A stretch of 64,000 bases of DNA from the NCBI GenBank assembly GCA_964016885.1, contig OZ024741.1:29698001-29762000 (forward strand), written 5' to 3'. The notes beneath the pieces are model-generated. The model had not been told where the DNA came from. It did no database searches and saw only the letters and a list, made by a program, of their open reading frames with translations. Shown here piece by piece: positions 54,985 through 64,000 of the stretch (position 1 is the stretch's first letter; each line of letters begins with the position of its first letter). The translations under genes and the position numbers were made by a program. The DNA is from Eledone cirrhosa. Its lineage: Eukaryota.

Positions 54985-55612
54985 AAATAACGAAACGAAA
55001 TTAAATTTCGTTTCGTTTGTAACTCACTTTTGTATGACTGACGCTTAAACAATTAAGTTAAAGATGTACATCCATATATGTATACTGAAATACTAGTATG
55101 TATATGAATACACACACGTATATATATGTAGATGTACCAAGTTTTTTTCACTGGTCACTTTACTGTGAGTGGCCAGCTATTCTGTATGTAAACACACAGA
55201 CAAACCGGTTTTTAGAGTCATACTGTATCGTCTCCGTTGAACCGGTACTTACTCACACTCTATGCAAATTAGTCTGCCCACTACTAATTTTCATAGAAAA
55301 AGCTATATAACGATATGTGCTTTTACGATTCTCTAGAGAGGCCGGAAGATAGGTAAATATTGCTGATGAGTTGTAACAACAACGAAACTAGTTCAATATT
55401 CCTTGTCTGGCTTTCTGGAGAATAGAGGAAAGGTGTTTCCTCAAAAACCAGTATGACTCTAAAAACCGGTTTGTCTGTGTGTTTACATAGCTGGCCACTC
55501 ACAGTAAAGTGACCAGTGAAAAAAACTTGGTACATCTACATATATATACGTGTGTGTATTCATATACATACTAGTATTTCAGTATACATATATGGATGTA
55601 CATCTTTAACTT

Positions 55613-55617
<5 letters not shown>
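54985..55617 (+). mobile_element. Diverged retrozyme-like monomer with a 5' inversion (~170-bp inverted arms 55052-55225 / 55449-55615)
   Basis: Shares motif order and helices with the 38-39 kb unit; flanked by (TA)n. Confidence 0.78.
55356..55400 (+). ncRNA. Minimal type I hammerhead ribozyme
   Basis: AATATTG-CTGATGA-GTTGT-aaca-ACAAC-GAAA-CTAG-TT-CAATATT: 7-bp stem I, 5-bp stem II, intact core, GUU triplet. Confidence 0.9.
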
Positions 55618-55688
<71 letters not shown>

Positions 55689-55961
55689 AGCTTCCAACAG
55701 AAATGGTCGAATTCTTTAAGGGTATGTCAATATTTATTTATAAAACTGATATATTATATTTTATCTGATAAAAGCGCACCATAATTTGACTTGGTGTCCT
55801 TGAAATATGTATAATGAATTAAATATGGTTTTATACATATAGTTTCCATTTGTTAATATCGTATTTTTACTCCAATAATTTGTTGAGTGCTTCATATCAG
55901 CTATAAAAATATGTTCGTGTTGTATTCCAACAATTAAAATATAACTTCTACATATATATAT

Positions 55962-58900
55962 CTAAGGCGGGTAAAATTCCCGAGATCCATGGACGAGTTC
56001 TCTCCAGCGGTCTCTGTCCCTCATTATCGCTGCCATATCCTGCATCTCCAACAGACCAGTGTCTGTCCTTAGGGCATCAACATATGTTAACCTTGGTCTT
56101 CCTCTTCTAGTGTGTCCATGTAGGGGCTCCCAAAGGAGCACTGAGTGCAATGTCAACTCTGGATGTCGGTGAGCATGTCCAACCTACCTCAGTCTCCTCT
56201 GTGTCACTTTTGAGCTGACTCTTGGGATGCTCCCATACAGCTCTGAGTTTTTCATCCTCAGCGTATACTGATTAATGTTCAGAGCCATCCTCAACATTCT
56301 CGTGTAGCACCCATCCACCATCTGAGTGAGTTTCTTGGTCAGTGTCCAAGTCTCAGAACCATACAGCAGCACAGACTCCACTACAGCAATGAAGAGGCGG
56401 ATTTTCAGGTCTCTACGAAGGTCCGACTTCCACACCGATCTCAAGCTGTGGCACGCCGCCCAGGCCTTGCTCTTCCTCTCAACCACATCATCCTCCGTAT
56501 TCCCAATCTTTGCTCCCAAATACAGGAAGTCCTCAACCAATTCCAGCGGCTTCCCGCCTACATTAGTGATCCCCTCTGGCTTCTCAACATTCTCTACCAG
56601 ATATTTTGTTTTAGTCTCATTCATTCTCAGCCCCACACTCATCGACACAGTCTCAACCTCCCGCATCAAATCCTCTGCCTCCTTCACTGTATTTGTCACC
56701 AAAACTATGTCGTCGGCAAATTCAGCATCCGATACCTTTTTCGCCCCAACTCTCCTGCTCTGAGCCGGTGCTACAGTAAAGCCAGAGTCCTGGTGTTTCT
56801 CTAGTGCAAGGCGCATACAATAGTCCACTACGATGACAAAAAGGTAGGGAGCCAATGTATCTCCCTGGAGCACTCCAGCCAGTATCTCAAAGAACTCTGT
56901 CATCCCATCAGGTGTAATGACTTGGGCTTTGGTGTTGGTGTAGAGCAGTGATATCAGGTCCACTATCCTCTTGGGGATTCCATAAGCCTGTAAGATCTTC
57001 ATCAGGCAGTAACGGTCCACAGAATCAAAGGCCTTCCTAAAGTCAATGAAAACCATGACCGCAGGAAGGCACTTTGCTCTAGCTCCCTCTAATATCCTCC
57101 TCAGCATCAGGATGTGACTGGTGGTTGATCTACCCTCTCTGAAGCCGTTCTGGTGGTCCCTGTGCTTCTTCTCCATCTCAGGCCGGATCCTGTTAAGAAT
57201 CATCCTGTTGAGGGTCTTTGCCACAAGTGACGTCAGTGAGATCCCCCGGTAGTTGTTGGTGTTAGAGAGATCTCCCTTCTTTGGCTCTGGGACGATGTTA
57301 CTGATCCTCCACTGATTCGGGGCAACTCCTTTCTCCAGTGCCCCGTTACAGAACCCCAGGATGATATCATCAAAATCACACCTCTTCATCACCTCTGATG
57401 CCACTCCATCTTCTCCATGAGCCTTGCCCTCCTTGATCTTCTTCTTGGCTCTCTGAAGCTCCTCTATGGTGAAGGGCTCTGTCTCAACATCCAGTTCCTC
57501 AAACAGCCGCCTGATCTCCCCTGTGCTCTGGGCTGTGGAGGGTGGCTCTCCTAGTAGGGTCCTAAAATGGTCTAGCCATTTCCTCTTCCTATCCTCGGGC
57601 CCCGTTCCCTGGATCTGACTCGAACACCTTTTCTTCCTCCCTGTGATCTCGTTGATGATCATCCAGCTCTCCTTACATCCAGATCTGTCAACCGCTCTCT
57701 CCACACTTCTGATCTTCTCTATCAGTGCCTCCTCTCTGACCTCAGTGTAAGCGGTACAGAGCTCTTCCCTCATCACCTCCACAGTCTCCATCCTCTCCTC
57801 CGTAGGATCAGCATAGAATTGGTCCCTGGCAGCTTTCAGGTGTTCTCTGGCTGCACACACTTTGGGGTTTGCAGAGCTGACGTGCTTCCCTTTGTTCTTT
57901 TTCCTCGGCACCAGGGTTTCACTTGCTTTCGCCACTGCATTGGTGAAGTGCCCGTACCTCCTCGTCACACTCTCCTCAGTCCATCCAATCTCTCTCTCCT
58001 CTGACTCTCCACACAGAGCACTAAACCTGTTTCTCACTTCCACTGTGAACCTCTCCTGTAGCTTATCATCTTCCTTGAAAGCTCCCCAGTCATAGATTGT
58101 TCTCCGGGGCTGAGCCTTGCTCTTTCTTAAGCTCACGCGGACCTCACTCATAACAAGCCGGTGGTCACTACCCAGTGTACTGAAATAGCTGTATGGTTCC
58201 GTGTTCAGAACACTATTCCGCCACTTTATCCTCACCAGAATGAAATCAATCTGGGACTTGGACAGGTGCACATCTGAGATATAGGTCCACATCTTGCCCA
58301 GATTCTTCCTAAACATTAGGTTGGTCACCATCAAGTTCGCCTCCAGAAGGGTGTCTCTTAGTAGTCTTCCATTTCGGTTGGTGTTGTTATGGAAGTACCA
58401 GCAAGGATCTTCACTGCCCTCCTTACTCAGATGTGCATTGAAGTCCCCCAAAACAAGCAGGATATTGTGTGCCTGAGTGGTGTTGACAGCTCTACACACC
58501 TCCTCATGGAACTCCTCCGCATTCACATCACTGTCCCCCTCGGTTGGACTATAGGCTGAGATGACTGTCAGTCTTGGGTTTCCATTGAAGGTCACCCTCA
58601 ACACTCGCGGGGAGATAGGCATTATTTCCCTCACCAACAGATTGGTTTTTGCACTGAACACAAAACCCACTCCTCCCACTGCAGCATTTGTTGTGTTCTT
58701 CACTGCCGATGTAGTGATGAGCTGGCTCTTCCTCCCGATTATCACACTCCTCACGGGCTCATCGTGTAGAATCCTGTGTTCTTGGATCGCAAGTATCTGT
58801 ATACCACTCTCCTCGAACAGATGTCCCAACTCCTCTCTCTTCTCCAGCGTCCGAATAGTCCTCACATTCAAAGTGCCCATTTTGATGGCTCCTCTGCAGG

Positions 58901-59096
58901 ACAAAACTGCATTCTTTATATTTGTCTCAGAGACAGCTGATCCATCATCCACTGGTCCCCTCTGTGGCTCTAAGCCAGCAGAGTCATAACGACCAGGCTG
59001 CTCCTTGACAGTGTAATTAGGGGCTCTAACCCTAGTGCTGTTAGATCGACTCTCCATATTTCTTTTCAATGGCTGACAATACCTTACCGGCGCCAC
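55962..59096 (-). CDS. RTE APE endonuclease-reverse transcriptase; one in-frame TAG at 56184-56186
   Basis: TLNVRT, IQEHR, AYSPT, LGDFNA, QIDFIL, SDH; NYRGISL, FIDFRKAFDSV, GVLQGDTLAPYLF, FADD, FLYLG. The frame continues past the stop: VGHAHRH..LLWEP.HG..RRGRP..TYVD. Confidence 0.92.
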
Positions 59097-59260
59097 TCGA
59101 ATAAGGTAGTTATTTAACCCATAAATGGAGCCCTAACAGGTACTACCACCCCGGGCCAGGGCAGACCTGGGAGTCATGACAACTAAGAGGTAACTCCACA
59201 TTCCCCACATCTCCTGAACTCCCGAACTGGAGCCTTGACACTGGATGTAGTTTAATGTCA

Positions 59261-59261
<1 letters not shown>
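55962..59261 (-). mobile_element. Full-length RTE-clade LINE
   Basis: TSD ACATATATATAT at 55950-55961 and 59262-59273; ~165-200-nt 5' UTR; single APE-RT ORF. Confidence 0.94.
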
Positions 59262-59302
<41 letters not shown>

Positions 59303-59378
59303 GTACTCTCTCTGTATATATATATCGAGTACAATATATACATATATATATACATATATAAATATATATATCGAGTAC

Positions 59379-59533
<155 letters not shown>

Positions 59534-59542
59534 GTATAATCT

Positions 59543-60142
59543 CAGGAAGGTATACGTTGCTGACGATAGCTAATAAGCTTGAAACTAGTACAGCATTCCT
59601 TTGTCAGTGTTGAACAAATGAGCAACGATGGTTGCTAGAAACTGTACACCTTAATTCGGAATGTTTGTTTACAGACACACCGAGCATTATAATAAATGTT
59701 CGGTGAATCCATACGTACATATATATACATTCTACTGTACGTCTGTATACATATATGTATGTACGCATACATACTTATATTTAAGTAACAGCCGTACTAA
59801 GAGTGAGAAATGAAATTTCGTTTCATTTTTTCCGTTTACCGTTTTCGGTACCCCGGCCGATTAATTCACTCGATATGCAAATTAGGCTGCTCAGCCGTTA
59901 ATATGCATAAGGAAAGTTTATACTTTCAGACGTTCAACCATCTGGCAGGAAGGTATACGTTGCTGACGATAGCTAATAAGCTTGAAACAAGTAAAGCGTT
60001 CCTTTGTCAGTGTTGAACAAATGAGCAACGATGGGTGCTAGAAGCTGTACGGCTTAATTCGGGATGTTTGTTTACAAACACACCGAGCATTATAATAAAT
60101 GTTCGGGGAAACCATACGTACATATTTATATATGTGTGCATG

Positions 60143-60206
<64 letters not shown>

Positions 60207-60308
60207 CTACTGTACGTCTGTATACATATATGTATGTACGTATACATACTTATATTTAAGTAACAGCCGTACTAAGAGTGAGAAATAAAATTTCCTTTCA
60301 TTTTTTTC

Positions 60309-60312
<4 letters not shown>
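59543..60312 (+). mobile_element. Second retrozyme-like array (about 1.9 units, period ~403 bp)
   Basis: Same unit as 38-39 kb; hammerhead cores at 59560 and 59963. Confidence 0.85.
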
Positions 60313-60350
<38 letters not shown>

Positions 60351-60354
<4 letters not shown>

Positions 60355-60478
60355 CTGCCATGTCCTGCATCTCCAACAGCGATAATGAGGGACAGCGATA
60401 ATGAGGCAACAATAATGAGGGACAGAGACCGCTGGAGAGAACTCGTCCATGGATCTCGGGAATTTTACCCGCCTTAAA
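60351..60478 (+). mobile_element. RTE 3'-end mini-insertion with a 5' inversion
   Basis: 60351-60379 matches 56026-56054 on the same strand; about 60411-60477 is the reverse complement of about 55963-56027. Confidence 0.88.
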
Positions 60479-60504
60479 TAGAGATGTATATATATATCGA
60501 GTAC

Positions 60505-60539
<35 letters not shown>

Positions 60540-60663
60540 CGAGTAATCTGGTAGGTTATTGTCCACCTGGTTCCTTAGTACATTTTCTTCATTATATATA
60601 TATATATATATATATTGTAACATTTACTCCTGCGTTTGACTGCCTCCTGTTCTTTGTTATTCC

Positions 60664-60733
<70 letters not shown>

Positions 60734-60890
60734 GGGATACTATTTATGGTTATGTATATATTAAAACTTCTTATAGTTATGTATATTTTAAACCCTAAAC
60801 AGTGAAGGTCAGTAATTTCTTACAACCTATTAGCAGTAAGATAAATACCTCAATGTAATAATTTCAGTTGTTCTACAGAGCAGTTATATA

Positions 60891-63340
<2,450 letters not shown>

Positions 63341-63464
63341 ATCATATAAATAAGGAACCTAGAGCAAATATTTATTAAAATAACAGATTAATTTTTTTTT
63401 AGTTTCAGAAGATCTCGTTATGGGTGAAAGCAGCGATTCTTTGCTTAAACTTTGATCTATTTTA

Positions 63465-63559
<95 letters not shown>

Positions 63560-63940
63560 AATATGATAATAATGGAGCTGCCGCGCTGCAAATGGGTTAC
63601 ATATGAAAAAGTTTGTCCTCATCAGTGGCCTTCTAACCGTCGTAGGCATTTCGTCGCATTAAAGGCCATATACCTCAGGTTGGTGCGAGCAACGGCTAAA
63701 AAAAGTCGTTGGGACACGTAAATAAGGGGGACGCTAGGGTAAACAAACAAAATGGTTTAAGCAACAGAAAGTGATGAAGAAGGAAACAAGTCCCAGATTT
63801 CTATGAATATAAATTCGGTGGAATCGTGAACGAGAGAACAAAGACCATCAAACCTGGTTGAAATGTGAGCAAGGAAGGAAATTCGCACAGGTCTAACGGG
63901 GGGAAGAAGGGGTCTGGTCTGCGAATTCGGTAAACATAAG

Positions 63941-64000
<60 letters not shown>

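Noticed and set aside
63630-63675. Minus-strand AAGGCCA-CTGATGA-GGAC with a TGGCCTT complement
   Set aside because: No correctly placed stem II closure or GAAA; incomplete hammerhead.

Overview
AT-rich, repeat-saturated animal genomic DNA. It is most likely an octopus (coleoid cephalopod), inferred from the tRNA-derived SINE families and the long (TA)n/(CA)n tracts. I recognise no host protein-coding exon, and nearly all listed ORFs are microsatellite translations or antisense shadows. Recognisable content: a full-length but disrupted Tx1/L1-clade LINE (2950-8808); a full-length RTE-clade LINE with one nonsense codon and a 12-bp TSD (55962-59261); three decayed R4/Dong LINE remnants; a CRE fragment; several Penelope-like (PLE) remnants; an internally deleted mariner present twice inside a ~5.1-kb duplication that brackets a 200-N gap (probable assembly artefact); a non-autonomous Helitron; an RTE-derived non-autonomous family; and about 20 tRNA-SINE copies. 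The main hidden signal is RNA structure. Non-coding ~400-430-bp tandem repeats (38040-39482, 59543-60312) carry a minimal hammerhead ribozyme in most units, and a diverged relative (54985-55617) keeps the same helices through compensatory substitutions. This fits a retrozyme-like, potentially circular-RNA-producing element. Further hammerhead motifs and foldback structures sit in PLE termini. Secondary structures were read by eye, not computed.
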